From assembly GCA_000415965.1 (NCBI GenBank), contig KE356560.1, positions 698,895-738,894 of the forward strand: a stretch of DNA of 40,000 nt, given 5' to 3'. The position numbers and the translations under genes were made by a program. Below the pieces are notes generated by a model. The model did not search any database. It worked only from the letters and a program-made list of their open reading frames with translations, and had not been told where the DNA came from. Below are positions 16,053-24,580 of the stretch, one piece after another (positions within the stretch are counted from its first letter, which is position 1; each line of letters starts with the position of its first letter). Origin of the DNA: Haloquadratum walsbyi J07HQW1. Its GTDB lineage: Archaea; Halobacteriota; Halobacteria; Halobacteriales; Haloferacaceae.

Positions 16053-18851
16053 TCACTCTTCAGCATTTGTGTTTGTTAGTTTTTCCTGCCACTGCTCGAC
16101 GGTTTGCAGTAGTGTCACCGGCGCTGTCGATTCGATGTCAAGTGATTGAAGATCATTAATTACTTCTTTTGTGTCTGCATCGACCGTTGTCTGCTCGGAC
16201 CCTTTGTTATCATTGATAGGGGCTGTCTGACTCTCTGTGTCCGCGTCCGCGTCCGTGTCTGTGTCTGTGTCTGTCCCAGCAACGCGAATATCACCGGTAT
16301 TGACGTCAAACACAACCTGTTGGGTTGTCTCTTCGCTGTTAGCACCTCCAGTCGTCCTCTTTTGTTGATCGCGGTTTGATGTATCAGCGCGATTTTGTGT
16401 TTCAACCTCGATTGCCTCATCAGCACGAAGTGTTGATAATACGTCCCTTGCTCGTGTCACAACCGGGTCCGGGACACCAGCGAGTTCTGCCACGTGAATT
16501 CCATACGAACGATCTGCTGGTCCTGGTTCAACAGTTCGAAGAAATGTCACATCGCCATGACGCTCCTCTGCGGCGACATGGACATTTGAAACACCTGTAA
16601 TTCGGTCTGCTAATGTTGTGAGTTCATGATAATGTGTTGCAAAAAGAACTCGCGGTGATGGTGCTGTTGGGCGCGCTGCTGAGAGATACTCCGTTGCAGC
16701 CCATGCAATCGAAATTCCATCATATGTTGCTGTCCCTCGACCAACCTCATCAAGAATGACCAGTGATTCCGAGGATGCCGAGTGAAGAATCTTCGAAAGT
16801 TCCTGCATCTCAACCATGAATGTCGAGCGACCCTGTGCGAGTTCATCTAATGCGCCAACGCGTGTATAAATTCCATCAACAGATCCGATGGTGGCGGCTG
16901 CTGCTGGAATGAAACTTCCAGCATGTGCAAGCAGGGTAATAAGTGCTACCTGTCGGAGATATGTGGATTTCCCACTCATGTTTGGTCCTGTGACGAGTAA
17001 GAAGTTCCGTTCATCTCCTAACCGGAGATCATTTGGCACAAACTCTGTTGTCTGCTCAACAACCGGATGTCGACCAGCCTCAATATCAACCGTGTGATCG
17101 CTACACAGCGTCGGACGTGTCCAGTCATTTTCGACGGCATGCGTCGCAAGTGAATAAAGTGCGTCTATTTCTGCAATAACTTGTCCGACTGTCTGTAACA
17201 TCGTGGCGTAGTCAGCGATCTGCTCACGGAGTTCACAAAATAGCTCATACTCTATTTCACCACGGGATTCTTCTAATCGGAGAATTTCTCGTTCGCGCTC
17301 GACGAGTTCATCGGTTTTGAATCGTTTTGAATTTTTGAGAGTTTTAATCTCCCGATAGTGTTCTGGGACCTGATCGGCGACAGATTTCCCAACTTGGATA
17401 TAATGACCATCGGTTTTGTTTCGATCGACACTGAGATGATTTAGATCATGTGTCTCTGTTTCTCGCTTGGCGAGTGTATCCATCCATTCTTGAGCGGTTT
17501 CATGACGCTCTCGAAGAGAGTCAAGCTCATCATCATACCCATATTGAAACAATCCACCGTCTCGAATTGTTTTTGGAGGGTCATCAACGAGTGCTGCTAT
17601 GAGTTCATCTCGAACAGCTCTCACAGTATCTTCGGTCGGTCGAGTGACCACTTGTGTCAAAGGCGAGTCGGACAATGTTGACTCTGTGATGACTTCATTG
17701 AGCGTCGGAAGCACATCAAGGGTCTCTCGGATTCGCAGTAGATCAGTGGCGTCAGCGCGTTCAGAAATACATCGCGCAGCTAGTCGCTCAAGATCATAGC
17801 TTCCATTGAGTGCTTCATTGATTCGCTCACGAGCCAATGGTGCGTCGACAAGCGCTTCGACACAATTGAGTCGACGAGTTATTTCTGTTTGCTCGCGCTG
17901 TGGTCGCATTATCCACTCTCGGAGCTGTCGTTGTCCTGCGCTCGTCGCGGTATGATCGATCGTTCCAAGGAGTGTCCCATCGCCACCGCGGTCACCATGC
18001 ATTGTCTCGGTCAATTCAAGATTACGCCGTGTCGTCGTGTCCAATGCAAGGTGAGTCTCTGAATCAAGCGGTTGGAGTCTCGTGATTGCAGCACGAACAC
18101 CTGTGTCTGTTTCGTCGATATATGCGAGTATCGCACCAGCAGCCTGGATTGCAACGTCAGTCTCAATATTGACACTGTCAATCGCAGTTGTACCAAACTG
18201 CTCGCTGAGAATATGACGCGCACGTCCAAGAGCGAAGGCTGCTGTTTCAAATGATGCTACCGTCGCATCAGTATCCTCACGAAGTCGCCGAATGAACTCA
18301 TCAGCATTCCGGACGGTTGGACCAGGAAGGATTTCAACCGGATCAAACCGGGTGAGTTCTGCATATGCAGTCTCAACATCCTCAACATCGCCAATAAAGA
18401 ATGACCCAGTCGTTACCTCCGCAAATGCAATTCCAATAGATGTTTCAGTCGTCTCAGTCGTTTCAGTTGTTGTGAGATCCCCAACGACGGCTGCGATATA
18501 CCGTGCATCAGCATCGTCCGTCGCGAGTAATGTACCTGGTGTGACAACTCGGCTGATACGACGGTAATGATCTCCATCGTCGGATTCATGTTGATCTGCG
18601 ACAGCAACCCGATATCCGCGTTCAACGAGCGATTTTAGATATGGTGTGAGATCATCAACCGGGACCCCAGCCATTGGATATGAAGACCCATGTGCGGATT
18701 TTTGTGAAATTGTGAGATCAAGCTCTGTGGACACTAACTCAGCGTCTTCAGCAAAGAATTCATAAAAATCACCACATTGCATCGTCAGTAAATCCGCGTC
18801 TGTCTCAGCGCGGAGTGAGAGGAACTCCTCAACGATTCCCTGCGAGGCCAT
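16053..18851 (-). CDS. mutS: DNA mismatch repair protein MutS (932 aa)
   Basis: The N-terminal mismatch-binding region has FLSLRAETDADLLTMQCGDFYEFF. Walker A LLVTGPNMSGKSTYLRQVALI. STFMVEMQE and ILDEVGRGTATYDG motifs. The C-terminal extension is acidic and low-complexity (TDTDTDTDADADTE). Confidence 0.95.
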   Translation of the reverse strand: MASQGIVEEFLSLRAETDADLLTMQCGDFYEFFAEDAELVSTELDLTISQKSAHGSSYPMAGVPVDDLTPYLKSLVERGYRVAVADQHESDDGDHYRRISRVVTPGTLLATDDADARYIAAVVGDLTTTETTETTETSIGIAFAEVTTGSFFIGDVEDVETAYAELTRFDPVEILPGPTVRNADEFIRRLREDTDATVASFETAAFALGRARHILSEQFGTTAIDSVNIETDVAIQAAGAILAYIDETDTGVRAAITRLQPLDSETHLALDTTTRRNLELTETMHGDRGGDGTLLGTIDHTATSAGQRQLREWIMRPQREQTEITRRLNCVEALVDAPLARERINEALNGSYDLERLAARCISERADATDLLRIRETLDVLPTLNEVITESTLSDSPLTQVVTRPTEDTVRAVRDELIAALVDDPPKTIRDGGLFQYGYDDELDSLRERHETAQEWMDTLAKRETETHDLNHLSVDRNKTDGHYIQVGKSVADQVPEHYREIKTLKNSKRFKTDELVEREREILRLEESRGEIEYELFCELREQIADYATMLQTVGQVIAEIDALYSLATHAVENDWTRPTLCSDHTVDIEAGRHPVVEQTTEFVPNDLRLGDERNFLLVTGPNMSGKSTYLRQVALITLLAHAGSFIPAAAATIGSVDGIYTRVGALDELAQGRSTFMVEMQELSKILHSASSESLVILDEVGRGTATYDGISIAWAATEYLSAARPTAPSPRVLFATHYHELTTLADRITGVSNVHVAAEERHGDVTFLRTVEPGPADRSYGIHVAELAGVPDPVVTRARDVLSTLRADEAIEVETQNRADTSNRDQQKRTTGGANSEETTQQVVFDVNTGDIRVAGTDTDTDTDADADTESQTAPINDNKGSEQTTVDADTKEVINDLQSLDIESTAPVTLLQTVEQWQEKLTNTNAEE
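16239..16274. repeat. Six-unit hexanucleotide microsatellite (GTCYGY) inside mutS, encoding the (TD/AD)n tract
   Basis: gtccgc gtccgc gtccgt gtctgt gtctgt gtctgt read directly. The reverse complement ACAGAC encodes Thr-Asp. Confidence 0.85.
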
Positions 18852-18875
18852 ATCGCCTTGTCCGATGCCGATGCG

Positions 18876-18881
18876 ATAAAA
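18876..18881 (-). promoter_or_regulatory. Candidate TATA box (TTTTAT on minus strand) for mutS
   Basis: -25 to -30 from the ATG at 18851. Same spacing as the two cluster candidates. Confidence 0.3.
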
Positions 18882-19020
18882 CGCTATGGTGTATTTGTCT
18901 CATCGGGACTACTGTAGTTATAGACACTCCGAGGCGAAAACCCATATCTCGAGCCGTGGTAGCTCAAGAATGCCATGTGATCAGCTGATGTGGTATCTGT
19001 ATACGTTATCAAGGCGACTA

Positions 19021-19041
19021 CCTCGGGGCTTTACCCCGAGG
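19021..19041. repeat. Perfect hairpin CCTCGGGG-cttta-CCCCGAGG (copy 1 of a palindrome family)
   Basis: 8-bp stem and 5-nt loop read directly. The upstream flank tcaaggcga is shared with copy 3 (20788-20796). Confidence 0.85.
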
Positions 19042-19112
19042 TGAAGCCGACAACAGTAACACATAAATAACACTCCAGAACATTTCTTAAGTTCTAACAC
19101 GCCCCAAAACGT

Positions 19113-19244
19113 GTGACGAAACGATATACCGTAACAGTCCCAGACGAAGATGGAGAGTGGCTTGATAGCCAACCGCATATCTCTCCAAGTGGATTGCTAC
19201 AGAGAGCAATTCAAGAACAGAGACAAAAAGAACAACCTGAGTAA
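19113..19244 (+). CDS. Possible 43-aa ribbon-helix-helix (CopG-like) mini-protein directly upstream of tnpB
   Basis: Not in the ORF track (short, GTG start). Translation: VTKRYTVTVPDEDGEWLDSQPHISPSGLLQRAIQEQRQKEQPE. The pattern is a basic beta-strand (KRYTVTVP), then helix, then S-x-S/G-x-L-hxxA-I helix, which is typical of RHH. The stop lies 5 nt before the tnpB ATG. The frame is closed upstream by TAA at 19095-19097. Confidence 0.35.
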   Translation: MTKRYTVTVPDEDGEWLDSQPHISPSGLLQRAIQEQRQKEQPE

Positions 19245-19249
19245 CACCG

Positions 19250-20431
19250 ATGAAACATACACTTCGCTTCCGCGCATACTTACCCGATGACGTGGCTAGC
19301 GAAGCGTGGCATCAGATTGATATTCTCCGACAGATTCGCAATCACGCTGTCCGAGACTACTACAACTCGGACTACAACAACAGACCATCTGACTCCGACC
19401 AACTCAGTAAACTCAAACACTGGGGAGACAACTGGGATATCTTCGCAGAACCCTCACAACACGCTGCACAACAAGCCATTCGCCAGATTCACAGCGATCT
19501 TGTGACCCTCCAAGAACGGCGAAATAACGGCTATAACGTCGGGCGATTGCAGTGGCAAGGTCGTGGTGAGTTTCGGTCTGTGTCGGACAATCAGTCCAGT
19601 CGCTTCAACGTGGATCACAACACGGGCGACGACCGATATGTACGATTCCGGCTCGAAAAGATTGGCTGGTTCAAAGTCCGTGCAAACTGCGACGTCCCAC
19701 CAGCAGACGAGATTAACCAGGTGATCCTGAAAACAGAGACGACTGGTGAATGGTACGTCTCACTCGTGACCACAGTAGAAGACACTCCTAAGAAACCACC
19801 ACTTAGCGAGATGAAACCACAAAACTGTGTGGGTATTGACCTTGGTATCACCAGCTACATCCACACCTCTGAAAACATGTCCGTGGATACATTTGAGTTG
19901 TCGGATGAGTACGACCGCTGTGCACGCGAACAGCGGAAACTCGACCGGAAAGAACACGGTTCCGATAACTGGGAGAAACAACGCCGGAAGGTGGCACAAG
20001 CAAAACGCAAAATCAAGCGGAAGGTGTGTGACTACCAGCACAAACTCACGACGTGGCTGGTGCAAGAGTACGACGTTGTGGCTGTCGAAGACCTAGACGT
20101 AGACGTGAAACCAATGTTGGAAACGAGCCAGAACGCGAAAAACAAGCAAGATGCTGCGTGGTCACGATTTATCGAGTTGCTGGAGTACAAGGCTGACCTA
20201 CATGGCACCCATGTTGAGAAGGTGGAACCGAAAGGCACGACCAAAGAGTGCGCTGTGTGTGGTGTTGAGACGGAGAAACCGATCTGGGTACGCGAACACT
20301 CCTGTCCAGCGTGTGGTCATACTGAAGACCGTGAGTTGAACGCAGCAAAGAATATTCTCAATCGTGGTTTGAAGCAGTTAGGGGCGGGACGCTCCGAATC
20401 ACCGTCGTCCGAGAGACGAAGTCTCTCGTGA
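19250..20431 (+). CDS. tnpB: TnpB (IS1341-type transposase-associated RNA-guided endonuclease family), apparently intact, 393 aa
   Basis: RuvC-I CVGIDLGITSY, RuvC-II VVAVEDLDV, zinc finger CAVCGVETEKPIWVREHSCPACG, RuvC-III EDRELNAAKNILNRG. Confidence 0.9.
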   Translation: MKHTLRFRAYLPDDVASEAWHQIDILRQIRNHAVRDYYNSDYNNRPSDSDQLSKLKHWGDNWDIFAEPSQHAAQQAIRQIHSDLVTLQERRNNGYNVGRLQWQGRGEFRSVSDNQSSRFNVDHNTGDDRYVRFRLEKIGWFKVRANCDVPPADEINQVILKTETTGEWYVSLVTTVEDTPKKPPLSEMKPQNCVGIDLGITSYIHTSENMSVDTFELSDEYDRCAREQRKLDRKEHGSDNWEKQRRKVAQAKRKIKRKVCDYQHKLTTWLVQEYDVVAVEDLDVDVKPMLETSQNAKNKQDAAWSRFIELLEYKADLHGTHVEKVEPKGTTKECAVCGVETEKPIWVREHSCPACGHTEDRELNAAKNILNRGLKQLGAGRSESPSSERRSLS

Positions 20432-20640
20432 TCACAAAAATCTTCGATTTTCGAACGACCTGTGCAGACTGCGCTCCCTACGTTCACACCTCACAGAGAG
20501 GCTGTGGATGCAAAGTGCGTTCACCAGACTCCGTCTGGTGGGCTGTCAGACGCAGTCTGACAACGTCATTGAAGCAGGAAGCCTCGGGGCTTTGATGTGA
20601 CCCCGAGGCAGGTTCACGAGGAGCTGTCCGTGCCTCTCTT
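20432..20640 (+). ncRNA. Candidate omega-RNA (reRNA) scaffold plus guide of the TnpB element (extent approximate; may start inside the tnpB 3' end)
   Basis: Three consecutive perfect hairpins: caccagac-tcc-gtctggtg (20522-20540), tgtcagac-gca-gtctgaca (20544-20562) and gcctcgggg-11 nt-ccccgaggc (20581-20609). The putative element end GGTTCAC follows. Known TnpB systems encode their guide RNA at this position. Confidence 0.3.
20581..20609. repeat. Hairpin GCCTCGGGG-ctttgatgtga-CCCCGAGGC (copy 2)
   Basis: 9-bp perfect stem and 11-nt loop read directly. Confidence 0.85.
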
Positions 20641-20657
20641 GATGAGTGCAATGAGTC

Positions 20658-20665
20658 TTTTTTTT
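20658..20665 (+). terminator. T8 tract, candidate archaeal oligo-T terminator for the tnpB/omega-RNA transcript
   Basis: tcttttttttgctcg, about 40 nt after the putative right end. Archaeal RNA polymerase terminates at oligo-T runs. Confidence 0.3.
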
Positions 20666-20799
20666 GCTCGTCGGAAGAGTTCACATATACTCATCGGAGC
20701 CACAGTCAGCACTTCTTCCATACAGAGTCATGCTCTCACCCGAACCCGGTCCGGTCCATCGTGCGTTTCAGACTGAGTCTACAGGCGGTCAAGGCGAGT

Positions 20800-20846
20800 G
20801 CCTCGGGGCTTTGATATTGATATTGATGTTGATGTGACCCCGAGGC
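20800..20846. repeat. Hairpin copy 3: same 9-bp stem as copy 2, with the loop expanded by GATATT/GATGTT hexamers
   Basis: gcctcgggg-ctttgatattgatattgatgttgatgtga-ccccgaggc. The 29-nt loop equals the copy 2 loop plus 18 nt (three extra hexamer units). It is followed by cacttcac, compared with caggttcac after copy 2. Confidence 0.85.
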
Positions 20847-20905
20847 ACTTCACAAGCCGTCTGCAGAACAACTGATTGAACAGACACACGATTCGTATGA
20901 GTGAT

Positions 20906-21652
20906 TCATGCTTCCTGCAGGCGACCACCATCGATTGCAATATTCTGCCCGGAAATATATGAGGCTGCATCAGTGCAGAAAAACAATATCGGTGCGATCA
21001 CATCACTAAATCGGGCTGGGCGACCGCGCGGATAGCCACTAACATCAACGACTGTATTCTCAACCGCGAAAGGTGAAACAGCATTGACTGTGATTCCATC
21101 ATCCTGTGTGTCATACGCAACTGTCCGTGTAAACAACAAGACAGCTTTTTTCGCTGCGAAATATGGGAAATTCATCGGAACAGCGCGATCATCACGGGCA
21201 TCAGCAACACCGAAATTAACGATCCGACCCCACTGATTATCACGCATTGCTGGGAGAGCCGCTTGCGTACAGAGATGTGTTCCATACAGACACCCCTCGA
21301 TTGTACGACGCCACTCTGCCAGTGAAAGTTCATCCCATCGTCCCTGTGGTAGTGGTCCAACAGCATTCACCAGTATATCGATTGTATCAAGTTCTGTCTC
21401 ACACCTCGCAATCATCTTATCTACCTCATCGGGGACGGTGACATCCGCCTGCACAGTCGTTACTGCAACATTATATTCACGCGCGGTCTTGGCGGTTGCT
21501 GCTGCCGCATCCTCACTATGTCGATAATGAACGGCAACATCAGCGCCTGCGTCTGCGAGTGCAAGCAGTACCTCGCGCCCGACACGTTTTGCTGAGCCAG
21601 TCACCAATGCGGTTCGTCCATCAAGTGTTGGTGTGAGATCAATATCAACCAT
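20906..21652 (-). CDS. Short-chain dehydrogenase/reductase (SDR) family oxidoreductase, 248 aa
   Basis: Cofactor loop ALVTGSAKRVGREV, NAVG motif, catalytic Y-x3-K (YFAAKKAV), C-terminal ISGQNIAIDGG. Confidence 0.85.
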   Translation of the reverse strand: MVDIDLTPTLDGRTALVTGSAKRVGREVLLALADAGADVAVHYRHSEDAAAATAKTAREYNVAVTTVQADVTVPDEVDKMIARCETELDTIDILVNAVGPLPQGRWDELSLAEWRRTIEGCLYGTHLCTQAALPAMRDNQWGRIVNFGVADARDDRAVPMNFPYFAAKKAVLLFTRTVAYDTQDDGITVNAVSPFAVENTVVDVSGYPRGRPARFSDVIAPILFFCTDAASYISGQNIAIDGGRLQEA

Positions 21653-21962
21653 AGTGACTTTATTTGAGCTATGAATATCAGTTATCTGGCAGCGGCACTT
21701 GAGACGAGTGTCGATATGAGGATGTTAAAAATACGAATCAGTCTGCCATTTTTATCACGCTGACTTTCATTTATCACTGGTTCTGATTCCGAACCTGTCG
21801 GCTACCGCCTCGCCCTGGTATAATAACGCCGAAATCAGTCGATGAGCACCCAGAGTTAAAGAGATACTGAACACCGAGAGCACATGCGCTCTGTGTCATA
21901 ATATATTATTGAGCGCTCGGTGCACTATGTCGTTTTGTGTGCTGACCTCATTATGAGTATCT

Positions 21963-22778
21963 ATGCGAACTGAGATAGTCGGTCCTGCGGGTGCAAATGA
22001 CACGCCTGAGGTCGCTGTAATCGGTGGGATTCACGGTGATGAGCCCTGTGGCGTGCGAGCGATTGAGCGATTTCGCTCAGGAGCACGAATCGACACTGTT
22101 CAGCGACCGGTGAAACTCATTATTGCGAACGAACGCGCACTTGAGGCAAATGTGCGGTATATCGAGGGCGATCTTAATCGATCATTCCCCGGTAACCCGG
22201 AGAGTGAACTGTATGAAGAACGTCTGGCGTTTGATCTTTATCAGGAAATTAAAGACTGCATTACACTTGGATTCCACTCAACAGTTTCATTTGATGAGCC
22301 GTTTGGAACGCTCGCAAACTTGACACCACAGAAAGCAACAATCATGCAATCATTGCCGCTCGAGCATGTCGCCGATTTCTCTGGACATGTCACTGGACGA
22401 GGCGTAAATCTTTCAGACTTTGTGAATGTTGAAGCTGGCTATCAGGGCTCTAAGGCTGCGGTTGAGAACGCCCACGCATGTCTGATTGCATATCTGCGTG
22501 TGATGAACGTTCTTCCAGAGAAAGCTGATATAACGCCAACAACACATTATCAAATTCAACACACGATAGAAAAAACCACAGAGGAGACATATCATGTGCA
22601 TGTTGAAAACTTTGAGCGGGTGGATTCAGGAATGGAATATGCAACGACCGAGATGGGAAAATCACTTCGAGCTGACGCAGCGTTTTGGCCGGTACTCATG
22701 TCCTCGGATGGGCACGATACACTTCTTGGATATGCAGCCAAACGAACAGGCGAGATTAGTGCTGCAGTGAGCAAATGA
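21963..22778 (+). CDS. Succinylglutamate desuccinylase/aspartoacylase (AstE/AspA) family zinc hydrolase, 271 aa
   Basis: VAVIGGIHGDEPCG (H-x-x-E zinc ligands) and GDLNRSFPG motifs typical of the family. Substrate not assignable. Confidence 0.8.
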   Translation: MRTEIVGPAGANDTPEVAVIGGIHGDEPCGVRAIERFRSGARIDTVQRPVKLIIANERALEANVRYIEGDLNRSFPGNPESELYEERLAFDLYQEIKDCITLGFHSTVSFDEPFGTLANLTPQKATIMQSLPLEHVADFSGHVTGRGVNLSDFVNVEAGYQGSKAAVENAHACLIAYLRVMNVLPEKADITPTTHYQIQHTIEKTTEETYHVHVENFERVDSGMEYATTEMGKSLRADAAFWPVLMSSDGHDTLLGYAAKRTGEISAAVSK

Positions 22779-22962
22779 CAGTTATTAGCATTGTGAGTGT
22801 CGGTACTCGAATGTGCAGTGGAACGCGTAGACGGGCGTTCCAGATGCACTGAGTCTGCGTGTGGGTTTAGAGAGAAGTGCTGCTCAAAGTGCCACCGACT
22901 GATAAGCGATTCTGATCCGTTCTGCTCCGCTGAGGAGAGGGGTCCGGACGAAGAGCGAAGGG

Positions 22963-22997
22963 CGAAACGCAAAACGCAAAACGCGAAACGCGAAACA
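22963..22997. repeat. Five-unit heptanucleotide tandem repeat (CRAAACR)
   Basis: cgaaacg caaaacg caaaacg cgaaacg cgaaaca read directly in a non-coding spacer. Confidence 0.85.
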
Positions 22998-23451
22998 GGT
23001 GATTTTATAGATTGGAGTATGTCTCCCGTTTCCAACGGTGTTTGTAGGGACAAACAGCACGTCACGATGATGCTTGTTCACAATAATTTTCGTTTCTACA
23101 GAGCTCAAAGATTATGACTCGGAACTTCAAGCCCTATCAGTGGTAATGAAGATGATACAATCTAAACGTGGGTATCATTCTCTTGACATTAACGTGTTGA
23201 ATTGTATTCGTCACGATAGTGCTCAAGGACTGTATCTAGCTGTGTCAGATATAATGTACATTCACATCCGCTTGCTACTTTGCTTATTTTGCAGACTCGT
23301 TCATGCGGAAGTTGAGTATGAGTACTCCGAGTTGTACCAGCCACTCATTACTCGTATCTCCTGTTGGAGGACTCTGAGTTATGATCTGTCAGGTATCCAC
23401 TGCCACTGTGCTATGTATACCCGTAGTCATGTTGTTCTGCATGACTCACAC

Positions 23452-23484
23452 ATATCAATGTCAATATCAATATCGATATCGATA
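23452..23484. repeat. About 5.5-unit hexanucleotide microsatellite (ATRTCR)
   Basis: atatca atgtca atatca atatcg atatcg ata. This is the reverse-complement motif of the GATATT units in the loop of hairpin copy 3. Confidence 0.85.
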
Positions 23485-23573
23485 AGCTGCCATTCAATTC
23501 GCTGTAGTCCAATTTATATATAGCTACGAGTGGCGCTCGCGGTGCCGTTGCCACATCGTATTGATTTATATTC

Positions 23574-24467
23574 ATGATCTCGATTCCTCTGTGGATTCTA
23601 ACCGGTGTCGTCGCTGTTTGCGCTCGGGCAGTCATGAGTCCATATCAGAAGCGGTTGCTTGCTGACGCTTCGGAGTCCGAGGTATTGTTTGTTCGAGATA
23701 CCGTCGCGCTCGGATTGTTTCTACCGGTGGTTGGATGGACCGCGTTGAGATATGGATTCTCAGGGACGCCACGGAGTGCTGTTGCGATGGTGCTGACAGG
23801 AGTATTGAATATCATCGGTGCATTCATGATATTTGCAGCACTGTCACGGGAAGATGCATCTGTTGTGATTCCACTCACATCTTTATCTCCAGTCATCACC
23901 TCACTGGTCGAACCGCTCTTACGTGATACAACTATCACGCCATTTGTGATTGCTGGCGCTATTTTGAGCGCCTGCGGGGCTGCAATCGTGAATTCTGAGC
24001 AGAACACGCTGCAAAGCGTTTTGTATGGCTCAGACACGACAGCGGTCGCGTTGGCAGTATCGGTTAATTTCATTTTTGGCGTGACGTCCACGCTTGATGG
24101 CATCGCTACTGCGAGTATCAATCCACTGTATGTCTCAGCAATTATTGTTTTCTTTGTTGGAATCGGGAGTGCAGGTCGATTATGGCGTGCTGGTGTTGTT
24201 CATGAGCCGTCTCAGCGGAGGCAGCTTTTGTCGCTTTATCAGAGTGACAAAGGCGTTCTTGGTATCTTACAATTTGGTGGGCTTGCAGCAACCTTATTTA
24301 CATTTGGTGCAGCCCCGAGTGCAACGCAAGCCTCAATTTTATTCCGGGCAAGCATCATTCTAGTTGTCATCATAAGTAGTGTTGGGCTCAAAGAGGGTCA
24401 TCTCCGACGACGCACTATTGGAGCAGTACTCATTGCTCTTGGAGTAGGGTTTGGTGTCAGTGGTTGA
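23574..24467 (+). CDS. DMT/EamA-like integral membrane transporter, 297 aa
   Basis: About 10 hydrophobic segments in two halves, glycine-rich TM ends, and a size typical of the drug/metabolite transporter superfamily. The family call rests on architecture only. Confidence 0.6.
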   Translation: MISIPLWILTGVVAVCARAVMSPYQKRLLADASESEVLFVRDTVALGLFLPVVGWTALRYGFSGTPRSAVAMVLTGVLNIIGAFMIFAALSREDASVVIPLTSLSPVITSLVEPLLRDTTITPFVIAGAILSACGAAIVNSEQNTLQSVLYGSDTTAVALAVSVNFIFGVTSTLDGIATASINPLYVSAIIVFFVGIGSAGRLWRAGVVHEPSQRRQLLSLYQSDKGVLGILQFGGLAATLFTFGAAPSATQASILFRASIILVVIISSVGLKEGHLRRRTIGAVLIALGVGFGVSG

Positions 24468-24580
24468 ATGCGCAGTTGATCATATATCGAGTCAATCTCT
24501 CAGGCGATACTGTGAATATTTTATCTGAACGAGCCTTGACGCCCAGGGCACTTTTATCACTGCTGTCCGAGTCATTGGGT

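Larger units (their letters stand above)
19009..20617 (+). mobile_element. IS200/IS605-family, IS1341-type TnpB-only element (boundaries approximate)
   Basis: Intact tnpB with no Y1 tnpA. A subterminal hairpin sits at 19021-19041 on the left. On the right, hairpin 20581-20609 is followed by GGTTCAC (20611-20617). This mirrors the hairpin-then-(T)AGTTTAC / TAATTGAC ends of the two decayed copies in this window. Confidence 0.6.

Noticed and set aside
18940-18990. tRNA-like 5' string gccgtggtagctcaag, checked as a possible tRNA gene or integration-site fragment next to the IS
   Set aside because: No matching D-arm closure, anticodon stem, T-arm (GTTCRANYC) or acceptor complement could be found downstream. 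At most it is a chance resemblance.
20484-20684. 66-aa minus-strand ORF downstream of tnpB
   Set aside because: It lies entirely within the hairpin-rich omega-RNA-like region. It is basic and Ser-rich and has no start context, so it is most likely an artefact of the palindromes.
19021-20846. The three CCTCGGGG/CCCCGAGG palindromes considered as a CRISPR array
   Set aside because: There are only three copies, with irregular spacing (about 1.5 kb and 0.2 kb) and variable loops. tnpB lies between them and no cas genes are present. They fit IS-end or REP-like hairpins instead.
22592-23523. ORFs 22592..23065 (-), 22797..23117 (+) and 23074..23523 (+, 149 aa)
   Set aside because: Their composition is Cys/His/Ile/Ser-rich and not acidic, unlike every confident protein here. 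They run through the microsatellites and overlap one another, so the region is treated as non-coding.
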